Of a stretch of DNA of 64,000 bases, positions 34,800 to 47,418 are shown piece after piece. The stretch comes from Malacoraja senta (lineage: Eukaryota). Made by a program: the position numbers and the translations under genes. Every line of letters begins with the position of its first letter. Position 1 is the first letter of the stretch. The stretch spans positions 1 to 64,000 of the forward strand of contig JAXLNO010000562.1 of assembly GCA_038087875.1 (NCBI GenBank), read 5' to 3'. The notes beneath the pieces are model-generated. The model was not told the DNA's origin, did not search any database, and saw only the letters and a list, made by a program, of their open reading frames with translations.

Positions 34800-37700
34800 C
34801 GCAAGATGGCCGCACCGTTGTGTCTGGCTGCCCGTCGTCTCCCTTCTGGACAAAGCCCCAAACAAGGTAACCTCTACCGTTTGTATGGCCTGCAGTCAAA
34901 GCTGGCCTACGAACGGCAAACACTCTTGGATATCCAAGCCTCGGTCGTTGAGGTCTTCACCCGAGGCCCCGGACTGAGCCCCGGACAAGGCTTCCCTTAC
35001 CTTTTGCTCCTCGCTCGGCTCCCGCCTCCTGCCGGGCCAGGAGGCGGAGTAAACTCGGGGGTAAGGTTGAAGAACCTCGCCCGCGCCCATTTAACATCAG
35101 CTTACCTTGCCCAGTGCTGTGAGGACAGATCTGGTCGGACCTACCGCTCCATCCATCGGCGGTCCCTCGAGCCCAGGTATGCTTCTCTCCGGTCGATTTT
35201 CCCTGTCCCCGGTCTGTTGTGGCATGCGGGCTCCCAGCCAGGCACTGTGTGAAACGCAGCGGCGTGGTCTCCCTGAACCTCCGCCCGCTGCCGTGGGAGC
35301 CGCTACCGGACCACAACTCGCCTGCAGTCCCTGCAAAAGTGGCCCTGATCAACCTGAGATCCATGCTGAACAAAACCTTCGTCCTCAATGACTTCTTCAC
35401 CGCACGTGGATTGGACTTCTTACTGATCACAGAAACCTGGCTTAATCCTGGTGAGCTTGCTCCACTCGTGGAACTCTGCCCTGATACCTGTAACTTTTTC
35501 AGCTCTCCGGTCGTGGTGTGGGCCTAGCCACTGTGATTAAGAAGCATTTCAACTGCCGCCTTCTGAACGCTGATCATTTCTCCAGTTTTGAACATCAACT
35601 AATCATAGTTGGTCTAATCTGTCCACTTTTAATTGTTCTTGTGTATCGCCCACCAAAAATGCATAAGGACTTTATCTCACAATTTGGTGATCTTATCGTT
35701 AGCTTGTTGCCCAAATTTGACCGGGTCCTGATTCTTGGTAACTTTAACATTCATGTCTGCTATCCCACAAAGCCTCTTGTGAGTGAATTTATGAACCTGG
35801 TTGAGTCCTTCAATCTGACTCTACTCACCACTGGACCCACGCACAAGCTTGGCCATACACTAGACCTAGTGCTTTCGTCTGGTCTCCCAATTTGTAATAC
35901 AGAAATTATTGATGGCTGTCTGTCTGATCATAGTGTAATTATATTCGATGCATCTCTGCCTTTCTCTCCTCAAAATCCCATCTCCCTGCTCGCTACTCCC
36001 GCTACATAAACTCCTCGACTGCCAGTAAGTTCTCTGAGGCTCTCATAGCCACCCCCGACATCTGCACTTTTGAGGCGTCTCCCCTCCATCTCAGCACCGA
36101 CGACCTTGTTTCTTTATTCAATACTACTTGCTCTTCAATCCTGGATTTGTTGCTCCTCTGAAAATGAAAAAGCCTAAAGTGCCTGTCCCACTTGCATGCG
36201 ATTGCATGGCGTTTGGCGCGACCAAACGTGGTCGCTTGAGGCGTACGGGAACCGTATGGCAGCGCGGGGCCGGTCCCACTTAGAAGCGCGGAGTTGTGCG
36301 GGGCTGGTCCCGACATCGCGCGGGGCTCCGAAAATCTGACAGTGTCCGAAATCTTTGCGCGCCAACAGCCTGTCGGCACGCAGGCGCATTGCGGTCGTAC
36401 GCAGCATCTTGATGGCGTACGCCTAGCGCGGGCGTTGCGCGATGACGTCACCGCCCGGCGTGCCGTTGCATGATGACATCACCGCCCGATGCCGTGCGAC
36501 GCCCAAATTCAGTTGGCCCGCCTCCTGCCCAGCTGATTGGTAAATATGACGCAAATGACGTCACGCAGCAAACTTCGCGTGAACTCCGCTTCCGTTTGGT
36601 CGCGCCAAACGCATGCAACTGGGAGAGGCCCTTAAGCCTAAAGGCTGGCCCTAGCTCAATGCCCACCGGAGCCCTAAGAAAATCAGAACGGAAGTACAAA
36701 TCTGATAAGCTTCAAATTTCCTTTGAACTTCTGAGAAGCAATCTTCACAAATACCAGGAAGCAGTAAAATCTGCAAGAATAAAATACTTTTCCACCCTTA
36801 TTTCCAAAAACGCACATAACTCCAAGGTCCTTTTTAGTACCATCACCTCTATCATATGTCCTGCCCCCAGCACCAGCTTAACTAGGTCCCCTGCTAAGTG
36901 CGAGGAATTTACTACATTTTTCACCAGCAAAGTTAAGAACATCAGAACGAATATTTCCCCTCCATCCGTAACCTGGCTGTCTCATTGGTCTGTTCTTCAA
37001 AATTAGACTTTCCAACCTATTACTCTACCCTCCCTTGTAAAACTGGTCACCACCATGAAACCTACTACCTGCCCCCTCGACGTTGTCCCCTCTGCCCTTC
37101 TGAAGGATGTCATTACAATAGCCGGTCCCAGCATCCTCGCCATCTTCAACAGTTCTCTGGCCACTGGCACTGTTCCTACCTGCTTCAAGCATGCAGTGGT
37201 CCAGCCCCTCCTGAAAAAACCTAACATCGACCCCACGTTTCCAAGCAACTACAGACCTATTTCAAAACTGCCTTTCCTTTCAAAAGTCCTTGAAAAGGTT
37301 ATTTTAAGTCAACTTATGCCTTACCTTCACCAAAATACTATCTTGGAAACTTTCCAATCAGGTTTTAGGGCCCACCACAGCACAGATTCTGTCTTGTTGA
37401 AGGTACATAATGACCTACTGCTCACCATTGACTCCGGCGACTGTGCAATCCTGCTCCTTCTCGACCTCAGTGCAGCATTTGATACTGTCGACCACACCAT
37501 CCTAATTGAACGTCTCTGGAACGGGGTTGGTATTGATGACACTGCCGTTCATCTCCTACCTCAAAGGTAGGAGTTTCTCTACTAACTTAGCTCTTTCTCC
37601 TCCCCAGCTAATCTCTGCTGCGGGATTCCACAAGGTTCCATCCTTGGCCCCATTCTCTTCTCCCTGTATATGCTCCCCTATGCAGACGATACACAACTCT

Positions 37701-38667
37701 ATCTCCCGCTGAAGCCCAACAACCGATCAAATCTACTTAACCGTATCCACTGCCTCGAGGATATAAAGTGTTGGATGGCCCAGAACTTCCTCCAACTAAA
37801 CGAGAGCAAGTCTGAGGTCATCCTTCTCGGCCCCTCGGATTCAATCAAAATGATAGCAGGCAGCCTTGGAAGCCTTACCCCATTACTCAAACCTCACGTC
37901 AAAAACCTTGGCATGATATTTGACTCAGCATTGAAATTTGACAAACAAGTCAATGCCGTGGTAAAAGCTAGCTTCTTCCAGCTTCGGACGATAGCTAAAA
38001 TAAAACAATTCCTCCAGTTTGACGACCTCGAAAAGATCATCCACACATTTAACTCCTCCCGCCTCGATTACTGCAACTCCCTTTACACTGGCATCAGCCA
38101 ATCTTCCCTGTCCCGCCTGCAACTGGTCCAAAACGCCGCAGCGAGACTCCTGACGGGCACCCGAAAAAGGGACCACATCACCCCGATTCTGGCCTCTCTC
38201 CACTGGCTCCCTGTGCGGTTCCGAATAAATTTCAAGATCCTTCTTTGTGTTTACAAAGCCCTTAACGGGCTTACCCCCACCTACATCAAAAGTCTGCTTA
38301 ACCACCACACCACCTCCAGGTCCCTCAGATCGGCCGACTTGGGGTTACTGAACGTCTAGGCATAAGCTCAGGGGCGACCGCGCCTTTGCGGTTGCAGCTC
38401 CTAGACTGTGGAACAGCATCCCCCTTCCCATCAGAACTGCCCCTTCCATCGACTCTTTTAAGTCGAGACTTAAAACTCATCTTTACTCTCAAGCCTTTCT
38501 TGACGTCCTCTGAGGGAGGGCTATATGTATGTATTTATGTATGTACTTAATCTACGAACCACCGTTGTATAACGTTAGTACCTCCACCAATGTAAAGCAC
38601 TTTGGTCAACGAGAGTTGTTATTTAAATGTGCTATAGAAATAAAAGTGACTTGACGACTTGACTTGA
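34800..38667 (+). mobile_element. L2-clade LINE, near full length with frameshifts, in the SYTL2 last intron
   Basis: APE (NLRSMLNK, LITETWL, VYRPP, GNFNIH, THKLGHTLDLV, SDH), RT (LLDLSAAFDTVDH, PQGSILGP, YADDTQLY), L2 C-terminus (SRLDYCNSL, LQLVQNAAARLL, HITPILASLHWLPV), tail AATAAAAGT(GACTT)n. Confidence 0.93.
36178..36632. mobile_element. PIF/Harbinger MITE (455 bp) with TAA TSD, inserted in the L2
   Basis: TIRs AGTGCCTGTCCCACTTGCATGCG and (reverse complement) AGGGCCTCTCCCAGTTGCATGCG; TAA at 36175-36177 and 36633-36635; removing it restores AAG CCT AAG CCT AAA GGC TGG. Confidence 0.88.
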
Positions 38668-39099
38668 TAAAGCTGTATTTTGTCCAAGTTTCAGAAGCTT
38701 TAACCCAACTAGTGCACTTTGTATGGTTGCTGACACAAATACTTTATGCATACTAGGGTCTAAAATATACAAATAAACACTCATATCCAGAACTTTTACA
38801 GAATGGATTTTGCCAAGCTATGGATTTCATCAACCATGCGCCCTCTACTAAGTAGATACTTGCTCAAAAATCATGTTACATCTTCTTTCAAAAAAGGTAG
38901 TTTCTAATACAATGAGAACAAATGATGAATATGTTCTTTACTTTATCCTGTTACAAGGCTGTTCACAGTGAAACACTCACATTGCAAGCATTTAACCATA
39001 ATCTATTTTTGAATGCAATCTCTGACACTTTTTCAATATTTTAAACAAAGTACAAATTAAAATCCCTGATTTGCAAGATTGCTTCACAAGTCACAGACT

Positions 39100-40545
39100 A
39101 CTGTGGAAGTTTAGATTGCATAGGATCCAAGGTAAGCTAGCTAACGCAACACAGAAAAAGACAAAATGCTGGAGGAACTTAGTTGGTCATGAAGCACCTT
39201 TGGAGAACATGAACCAAATGCAAAATTTGCTGTAGGAAACAGGGTGGAGGTGAATGTTGTTTTTCAGACAGGAGGCCTGTGACTAGGGATGTGCCTCAGG
39301 AATCAGTGCTGGGTCCATTGCTGTTTGTCATTATATCAGCGATTTGGCAGAGAATATACTAGGCATGTGAAGTAAGACAATAAGACATGGGAGTCAGCTC
39401 CACCATTCGATCATGGCTGATCTATTTTTCCCACTCAATTCCATTCTCCTGCCTTCTCCTCATAACTTCTGACACCCTTACTAATCAAGAACTTACCAAT
39501 CTCTGCTTTAAAAATACTCAATGACTTGCCCTCCACAACCGTGTATGGAAATGAATTTCCACAGATTTACCACCCTCTCACAAAAGAAATTCCTCCTCAT
39601 CTCCATTCAAAAGGCACGTCCTTTTATTCTGAGGCTGCGCCCTCTGGTCCTAGACTCTTCCACAACTCGAAACATCATCGCAAATGACACTATAAAAGCT
39701 GATATTGTTGACAGTGAAGATGGTTATCAAGATTCCCAGCAAGATCTGAAAACCTGAGCAAGTGGGCTGAGGACAGCCGATGAACTTTAATTCAATTAAG
39801 CGTGATTGCGTGATTAAGTGTTGCATTTTTGGAAGTCAAAACAATGCAGGTACTTTATGTTGAATGGTACGTCTCCCGGGAGTGTTGTAGAGCATGGTTC
39901 CCTGAAAGTGTCGTCACAGGTATTTTGGGTGGTGAAGCAGCCTTTTAGTATATTGGCCATCAGTCAGGTAATTGAGTGTAAAACAAAACACAAAGTGCGG
40001 GTCAGGCAACATCTGTGGAGAGAATGTATAGATGACGTTGAGTCAGGACCCTAACACTGCAACGACCAGGTTCAGGAATATCTACTTCCCCACAGCCATC
40101 AGGCTATTAAACCTGGCTCGGACATAACACTGAACCTTATTAGCCAATACTGTTATTTGCACTTTATCAGTATATTGATTCATGTGTGTATATATTTATA
40201 GAATGCCTTGTAGTCAATGCCTACTATGTTCTGTTGTGCTGAAGCAAAGCAAGAATTTCATTGTCCTATCAGGGACACATGACAATAAACTCACTTGAAC
40301 TTGAACACAAGGAACTGCAAATGCTGAGCGTCCTGGTGTTTTAATTATGTTGGCAGGACACGAGGGATTGGGCAGACTAGGACTTTATTCCTTGAAGACC
40401 AATAGGCTGAGGGATGATCTTGAAGAGGGGATGTATAAAATCATGAGGGGAATAGATCAGGTGAATGCAGAGATTTCCCAGGGTGGAAATCAAGAACTCA
40501 AGGACATAGGTTTAAGGTGAAATGGGAAAGATTTAATAGAGTTCA
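39100..40545. mobile_element. Patchwork of decayed CR1, Rex1 3' and PLE-tail fragments
   Basis: CR1 RT-like GATGTGCCTCAGGAATCAGTGCTGGG, a minus-strand CR1 tail at about 39375-39670, a Rex1-like tail at about 40040-40305 and short pLTR-like pieces. Confidence 0.6.
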
Positions 40546-40573
40546 AACGAAGTAACATCTTAGAAACTATTAC

Positions 40574-40779
40574 CTGTGCCAAGGCCAATCCTTAGTCCTC
40601 CAAGAAAATGATTCACCAATTTATCATGGTCCCAGACTGAAAGTTCAACACAAGCATCTTTGAGATCCTCAGGCCCAAAACCATCATAAACCATGGTATG
40701 ATTGAAATTAGGATTCCTGTTTTTTTTCACAACCCGAGATTTCTGACGGCTTTTTCTGCTCATGTCTGGAAGAATGAAG
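40574..40779 (-). CDS. SYTL2: SYTL2 C2B exon
   Basis: [74 protein letters not shown] boundaries, 206 nt, phases match both neighbours. Confidence 0.93.
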
Positions 40780-41570
40780 CTTGTAGAAAAACAAAATCAA
40801 TTAGAGCAAACCAAAATTTGGTTGAACTCAAATATATTGTATCACGAAACACATTAATTCATTTTGGCATATGCAAACGCACAAAAATTACAAAAAATAA
40901 CTTCATGATTGCAATGACGTGACCATCACAATTCAACATTTAGTTAGCCTTTGGAACCAGCTCTCAACTATAGCTAACAAATTGTTGCCTTGATTCTGTG
41001 GAATCTGGTTGGCAACTTCTCACATAACTGTTAGCATTTCTCTACATATACATCAGCTGTTCGGTTTTCTGTACAGACATCGCTGTTCCAAACTTGAAGT
41101 CCATATTCACGATTTTATTCTCCCTGAATAACAATGACCATTTATCATACCCTCTAACACCGTGTTGCTAAGTGCACTGTAATTCCCTTATTAGTTCAAA
41201 ATATATTTTGAAATACATTTTTCAAAATAGTTTTACAATTTCTATCTACCCAGATCTGTATTGCATGTTTAAATTTATTGCTCTTTGAAAAATGTAATTT
41301 AAAAAGTTAATTTAAAAAGGGGCGTTTCCTTCTTAGTTTGCCATCTGAGAATTTTATGATTTCCCAAACAGTCCAGCCAATTTTATAACACAGCTGTGGA
41401 AGTTCAGCAATCCCCTTACACTTTGCACAACAGAAACTATTCTCCACATGAATTATGATCATTTACTTTGATATTAGAACAAATTTTGCATCCTTGAATT
41501 TTGTAATGCAAATAAATCTCATATGCAAGATTATTTTCTAAACATATATAATAGAAAAGTAATATTTTAC

Positions 41571-41661
41571 CATTTAACAAATGGATCCAAACGATGTACC
41601 CTAACTTGTGGTAAATTATTGGCTTCCTTCACCCAAATCTGCACTTCACCTGTTTTTTTCC
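41571..41661 (-). CDS. SYTL2: SYTL2 C2B first exon
   Basis: G-KKTGEVQIWVKEANNLPQVRVHRLDPFVK-C; CACAG| ... |GTAAAA; 91 nt. Confidence 0.9.
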
Positions 41662-41737
41662 CTGTGTGCAAAAACCTCAGTTAGCATATTGATACAACTT
41701 CAATAATTATAAATGATTAGATATGAAGCAAAAATAC

Positions 41738-41813
41738 CTCTATGTCCCTTTGGAATGTAACGGAGAGCCACTTTTAGGGTACCTCTGTTACCCATTGTGT
41801 AAGCCGAGATTGG
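41738..41813 (-). CDS. SYTL2: SYTL2 C2A-C2B linker exon
   Basis: TTTCTTTACAG| PISAYTMGNRGTLKVALRYIPKGHR-G |GTATTT; 76 nt, phase 0 to 1. Confidence 0.85.
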
Positions 41814-42050
41814 CTGTAAAGAAAAATGAGCAAGAAAGATCATTCGGACTGCACTTTAAATATAATTTTTGCCATGACTTAGCAAAAGTTGTCTTTAAAT
41901 ATTCAAGCTTGCACTTCATTAAAACTGATCATACCTATATTAATGAGGAAAACAACCAAAGGTTCATGATTGATTTAAAAACTCAGAAGTTATGTTAACA
42001 ATAGCTAGTTATCTAATTCCAACAATTTGGTTTAGCAAGTATGCAAATTA

Positions 42051-45033
42051 CAGTGCCCTCCATAATGTTTGGGACAAAGACCCATCATTTATTTATTTGC
42101 CTCTGTACTTCACAATTTGAAATTTGTAATAGAAAAAAAATCGCTTGTGTTTAAAGTACACATTGTCAGATTTTAATAAAGGACATTTTTATACATTTTG
42201 GTTTCACCATGTAGAAATTACAGCAGTGTTTATACATAGTCCCCCCCATTTCAGGGCACCATAATGTTTGGGACAGAGCAATATCATGTCAATGAAAGTA
42301 GTCATGTTTAGTATTTTGTTGCATATCCTCTGCATGCAATGACTGCTTGAAGTCTGCGTTTTGGGGGCTAGTTTTGGGGGCTAGTTCCCTTCAGTTTTCT
42401 CTTCAGCATATGGTTTATACATTTTGGTTTCACCATATAGAAATTACATCAGTGTTTATACATAGTCCCCCCATTTCAGGGCACCTGAAAGTAGTCATGT
42501 TTAGTATTTTGTTGCATATCTCCTGCATGCAATGACTGCTTGAAGTCTGCGTTTCATAGACATCACCAGTTGCTGGGTGTCTCCTCTGGTGATGCTCTGC
42601 AAGGCCTGTATTGCAGCCATCTTTAGCTGATGCTTGTTTTGGGGGCTAGTTCCCTTCAGTTTTCTCTTCAGCATATAAAAGGCATACTCAATTGGGTTCA
42701 GATCAGGTGATTGACTTGGCCACTAAAAAAAATACAATTTTTTTTGCTTTGAAAAACTTCTTTGTTGCTTTAGCAATACGTTTGGGATAATTGTCTTGAT
42801 GTAGAATGAACCACCGGACATTGAGTTTTGAGGCATTTGTTTGAACTTGAGCAGATAGGATGTGTCTATACACTTCAGAATTCATTATGCTACTACCATC
42901 AGCACTTGTATCATCAAGTAAGTAAAGTGAGCCAGTACCTTCAGCAGCCATACATGCCCAGGACATAACACCCCCACCACCGTGTTTCACAGATGAGGTG
43001 GTATGCTTTGGAACTTGGGCAGTTCCTTCTCTCCATACTTTGCTCTTGCCATCACTTTGATATAAGTTAATTTTCGTCTCATCTGTCCACAAGACCTTTT
43101 TTCCAGAACTGTGGTTGCTATTTTAATTACTTCTTGGCAAACTGTAACCTGGCCATCCTATTTTTGCGACTAACCAGTGGTTTGCATGTTGCAGTGTAGC
43201 CACTGTATTTCTGTTCATGAAGTCTTCTGCGGACAGTGGTCATTGACAAAACCACACCTGACTCTTGAAGAGCGTTTCTGATCTGTCGGACACGTGTTTG
43301 GGGATTTTTCTTTATTAAAGAGAGAATTCTTCTGTCATTAGCTGTGGAGGTCTTCCTTGGCCTGCCAGTCCCTTTGCGATTAGTAAGTTCACCGGTGCTC
43401 TCTTTCTTCTTAATGAGTAAGTAAGCAAGTAAGTTTATTGGCCAAGTATTCACATACAAGGAATTTGCCTTGGTGCTCCGCCCACAAGTAACAACATGAC
43501 ATACAGTGACAGTTACGAATGACTCAGAAAACACTAAACATTAATAATAATAAAACATTAATGATAAAACACCATTGATTAAGCATGTGAACCAACAAAA
43601 TACCAGATCAAAGGGAGGCTACAGATTTTTGGCTGTTGAGTAGAGCAACTACTCGTGGATAAAAACTGTTTTTATGTCTGGCTGTGGCAGCTTTGATAGT
43701 CCGGAGTCGCCTTCCAGAGGGAAGTGATTCAAATAGTTTGTGGCCAGGGTGAGAGGGGTCAGAGATGATCTTGCCCGCTCACTTCCTGGCCCTTGCAGTG
43801 TACAGTTCATCAATGGAGGGAAGGTTGCAGCCAATAATCTTCTCTGCTGATCGGACGATTCGCTGCAGCCTCCAGGTGTCGTGCTTGGTGGCTGAGCCAA
43901 ACCAGACCATGATGGAGAAGGTGAGAACAGACTCTACGATGGCCGTGTAGAATTGTACCATCATTGCCTGTGGCAGATTGTGCTTCCTCAGCTGCCGCAG
44001 GAAGTACATCCTCTGTTGTGCCTTTTTGACTGTGGAGTCGATGGTAGCCCCCCCACTTAAGGTTCTTGGAGATGATGGTTCCCAGGAACTTAAAAGACTC
44101 CACAGATATGACTGTGGTGTTGTTGATGGTGAGTGGGGTGAGGGGAGGGGGGGCTCTCCTAAAGTCTACAATCAGTTCCACTGTCTTAAGAGCATTGAGC
44201 TCTAGGTTGTTGCGATGGCACCAGGACGCCAGCTGTGACACTTCCTGTCTGTAGGCAGATTCCTCCCCATCCTGGATCAGTCCAATCAGGGTTGTATGGT
44301 CCGCAAACTTGAGAAGCTTGACAGTGGTGTCTGTGGAGGAGCAGTCGTTGGTGTAGAGAGAGTAGAGGAGAGGAGAGAGTACGCAGCCTTGCGGTGCTCC
44401 TATGTTGAGTGTTTGCGGGTTCGAGATGTGCTTTCCCAGCCTCACATGCTGCTTCCTGTCTGTCAGGAAGTTGGTGATCCACTGACAGAGGGGTTCAGGC
44501 ACAATCAACTCGGAAAGTTTGGAGTGTAGTAGCTCTGGCACAATGGTGTTGATGATGTTCCAAACTGTTGATTTTGGTAACCCTAAGGTTTGGCTGATGT
44601 CTCTAACAGTTTTATTCTTGTTTCTCGGTTTCATAATGGCTTCTTTGACTTTCATTGGTGCAACTTTGGTCCTTATGTTGATAAACAGCTATAAAAGTTT
44701 CCAAAGGTGATGGAAAGTCTGGAGGAAAGACTAGGTGCTGAGAGCTCTCTTATACCTGCATTAAGGCGGCATTTAAACACACCTGAACAATTACAAACAC
44801 CCGTGAAGCCATGTGTCCCAAACATTATGGTGCCCTGAAATGGGGGGACTATGTATAAACACAGCTGTAATTTCTACATGGTGAAACCAAAAGTATAAAA
44901 ATGGCCTTTATTAAAATTTGACAATGTGCACTTTAACCACATGTGATTTTTTCTATTACACATCTCAAATTGTGAGGTACAGAGGCAAATAAATAAATGA
45001 TGGGTCTTTGTTCCAAACATTATGGAGGGCACT
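42051..45033 (-). mobile_element. Tc1 (IR/DR type) transposon with both TIRs, decayed transposase, interrupted by a Rex1 fragment
   Basis: TA|CAGTGCCCTCCATAATGTTTGG and CCAAACATTATGGAGGGCAC(T)TA; TIRs over 200 bp with an inner repeat CCATAATGTTTGGGACA; HTH VRDISQTLGLPKSTVWNII, GRPRKTS, WTDETK, KHGGGGVMSWAC; short internal duplication at about 42350-42540. Confidence 0.92.
43417..44552 (-). mobile_element. Rex1-type LINE, 5'-truncated, inside the Tc1
   Basis: NTIVPELL..., WITNFLTDRKQ, GAPQGCVLSPLLYSLYTNDC, KFADHTT, FKFLGTIIS, FYTAIVESVLT; (TTAC)n-type tail. Confidence 0.9.
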
Positions 45034-45129
45034 TATGTTTCAAAACTTCTGGTTCTCCGTCTGCATTTTATCTCTTCCTTATTAAGAAGTTAACACTCAG
45101 CTCCCGTCATCTAGCCAACCATTCCCAAT

Positions 45130-45860
45130 GGTGATGAGTCAGAGTATAGAAGTGAGATTGACCGACTGACCAAATGGTGCCAGCACAACAACCTGGCTCT
45201 CAATATCAGTGAAACCAAATAACTGATTGTGGAATTTGGAAGAGGAAGGTTGAGGTCCCACAATCCTGTTTATATCAATGGGACGATGGTGGAGAGAGTG
45301 AAAAACCTCAAATTCCTGGGCGTGCATATTTCCGACAATCTTTCCTGGACCAACACACTGATGCAATTGTAAAGAAAGCACATAAGCGCTTTTACTTCCT
45401 GAGAAGATTACAGAGATTCGGTATGTCAAAGAGGATTCTCTTGAACTTCTACAGGTGCACAGTTGAGAGCATATTGACTGGTTGCATCATGGCCTGGTTC
45501 GACAACTTGAACGTCCAGGAGCAGAAAAGACTGCAAAAAGTTGTGAACACTGCCAAGTCCATCACTGGCTCTGACCTCCCCACCATCGAAGGTATTTATC
45601 AGAGTCGCTGCCTTAAAAAGGCAGCCAACATCATCAGAGACCCACACTATCCTGGCCACACACTCATCTCACCATTGCCATCGGGAAGAAGGTACAGGAG
45701 CCTGAGAACTGTAATGTCCAGGTTCAGGAACAGCTTCTTCCCTACAGCCATCAGGCTATTAAGCACTACAACCTCATAAGCTCTGAACTACAATAGACTA
45801 TTATTTATTATTATTATACTGTCATTGTTTGTTTTTGAGTATATATGCATGTGTATATAT
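45130..45860 (+). mobile_element. Rex1/Babar-like LINE 3' fragment (its tail continues at about 48740-48915 after the Helitrons)
   Basis: KFLGVHISDNLSW, LLNFYRCTVESILTGCIMAWF, LPSGRRYRS...RFRNSFFPTAIRLL. Confidence 0.85.
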
Positions 45861-45861
45861 A

Positions 45862-46504
45862 CTAGACTAAGTGGGACCCATTGGGTCCCAGCATCACACG
45901 GGAGGGCTGGTCCCCCAACGCAATATTTCACCTCTCCACTAATTCCAATATTGGTGGCCAGTAGTGGGGGGGGGGGCTTTCTGGAGTGCTAGTATGGGTG
46001 TTGTGGGCTGAAGGGACTGGTTTCCAGAGGGCTAGTATGGACATTGTGGGCCGAATGGATTCTTGGGCTGGCGGCTCAGTCACTCAAGCCTGTTGTGCTG
46101 GCAGCTCACTCACGGCTGGTGGGCTGGCAGTTGACTCACAGCTATTCCTTGAAATTCCATTTCAAGCAAGGTGCAAGGCCACTAAAGACAGCGAGTCGTG
46201 ACCTCTCCCTCCATCTTGCAGAGACTGAACCACGCCCACACATCTGGGTTTTATAGTTCCTCCCCCCTCCCACCAGAAGGTGCGTGGCCTTCATGGCGTG
46301 ATTGACAGGTGAGAGAATCTCAAAAAAAATGTAATACTAATAACTCTTTTATTTTTCATCGATGGGAAAAAATCCTCTTGTCCTGCGCAGCGGAGGGGGA
46401 CTGAGTACGATGGCCAAAAATCACAGCCGTAAGTGGCAGCGTTTTTTTCTAAAATCAATATACAGAACAGGAAGTGGTCAAGATCAGACTTTTAGTAATA
46501 TAGA
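45862..46504 (-). mobile_element. Non-autonomous Helitron, unit A (643 bp)
   Basis: Minus strand starts TCTATATTACTAAAAGTCT and ends with hairpin GGGACCCAATGGGTCCC then ACTTAGTCTAG|T. Confidence 0.8.
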
Positions 46505-46770
46505 CTAGACTAAGTGGGACCCGTTGGATCCTATGTTCACACGGGAGGGCTGGTCCCTCGACGCAATGTTCCACCTCTCCACCAATTCCAATATTGGTGG
46601 CCAGTGGGGGGGGGGGCTTTCTGGAGAGCTGGTATGGGTGTTGTTGGCTGCAGGGACTACTGGTCTCCAGAGGGCTAGTATGGACATTGTGGGCCAAATG
46701 GATTCTTGGGGTGGCAGCTTAGTCACTCAAGCCTGATGTGCTGGCAGCTCACTGCTATTCCTTGAAATTC

Positions 46771-47030
46771 CATGTCAAGCAGAGTGCAAGGCCACCAAAT
46801 TCAAATCCATTTTCCTACCATTTCAAGCAGGGTGCAAGGCCACCGAATTCAAGTGCAGTTTCATACCATTTCAAGGAGGGTGCAAGGCCACCAAATTCAA
46901 ATGCAGTTTCATATCATTTCATGCAGGGTGCAACAACACCACATTCAAATGCAGTTTCATACCATTTCATGTAGGGTGCAAGGCCACCACATTCAAATGC
47001 AGTTTCATACTATTTCAAGCAGGGTGAAAC
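46771..47030. repeat. 48-bp minisatellite, about 5.5 copies
   Basis: CATTTCAAGCAGGGTGCAAGGCCACCAAATTCAAATGCAGTTTCATAC; GTGCAA-like words recur every 48 bp from 46784 to 47024. Confidence 0.9.
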
Positions 47031-47418
47031 CACCTTAAAAACCACCATAAAACCACACAAAACACCACACTCACAGTTCAGTAGACATTCAGTGTGTTCA
47101 GTTGATTCACAGCTCAGACAGAGTCGTGACCTCTCCCTCCCCCATCATGCAGAGACTGAGCCACATCCACACTTCCGGGTTTTATAATCCCTCCCCTTCC
47201 CACCGGAAAAGGTGTGGCCTTCATGGCGTGATTGACAGGAGAGAGATTCTCAACATTTTTTAAACACTAATAACACTTTTGTTTTTCATTGATGGGAATA
47301 ATCCTCTGCACCTGATGAGCGGAGGGGGACTGAGTAAGATGGCCAAAAATCACAGCCGTAAGTGATAGCGTTTTATCCAAAATCAATATAGTGCAAACAG
47401 GAAGTTGTCAAGTTTAGA

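Noticed and set aside
43810..44655. 281-aa ORF fusing a Tc1 HTH to an RT
   Set aside because: An in-frame insertion junction of a truncated Rex1 in a decayed Tc1; the RT has a mutated catalytic motif (FADH) and frameshifts soon after.
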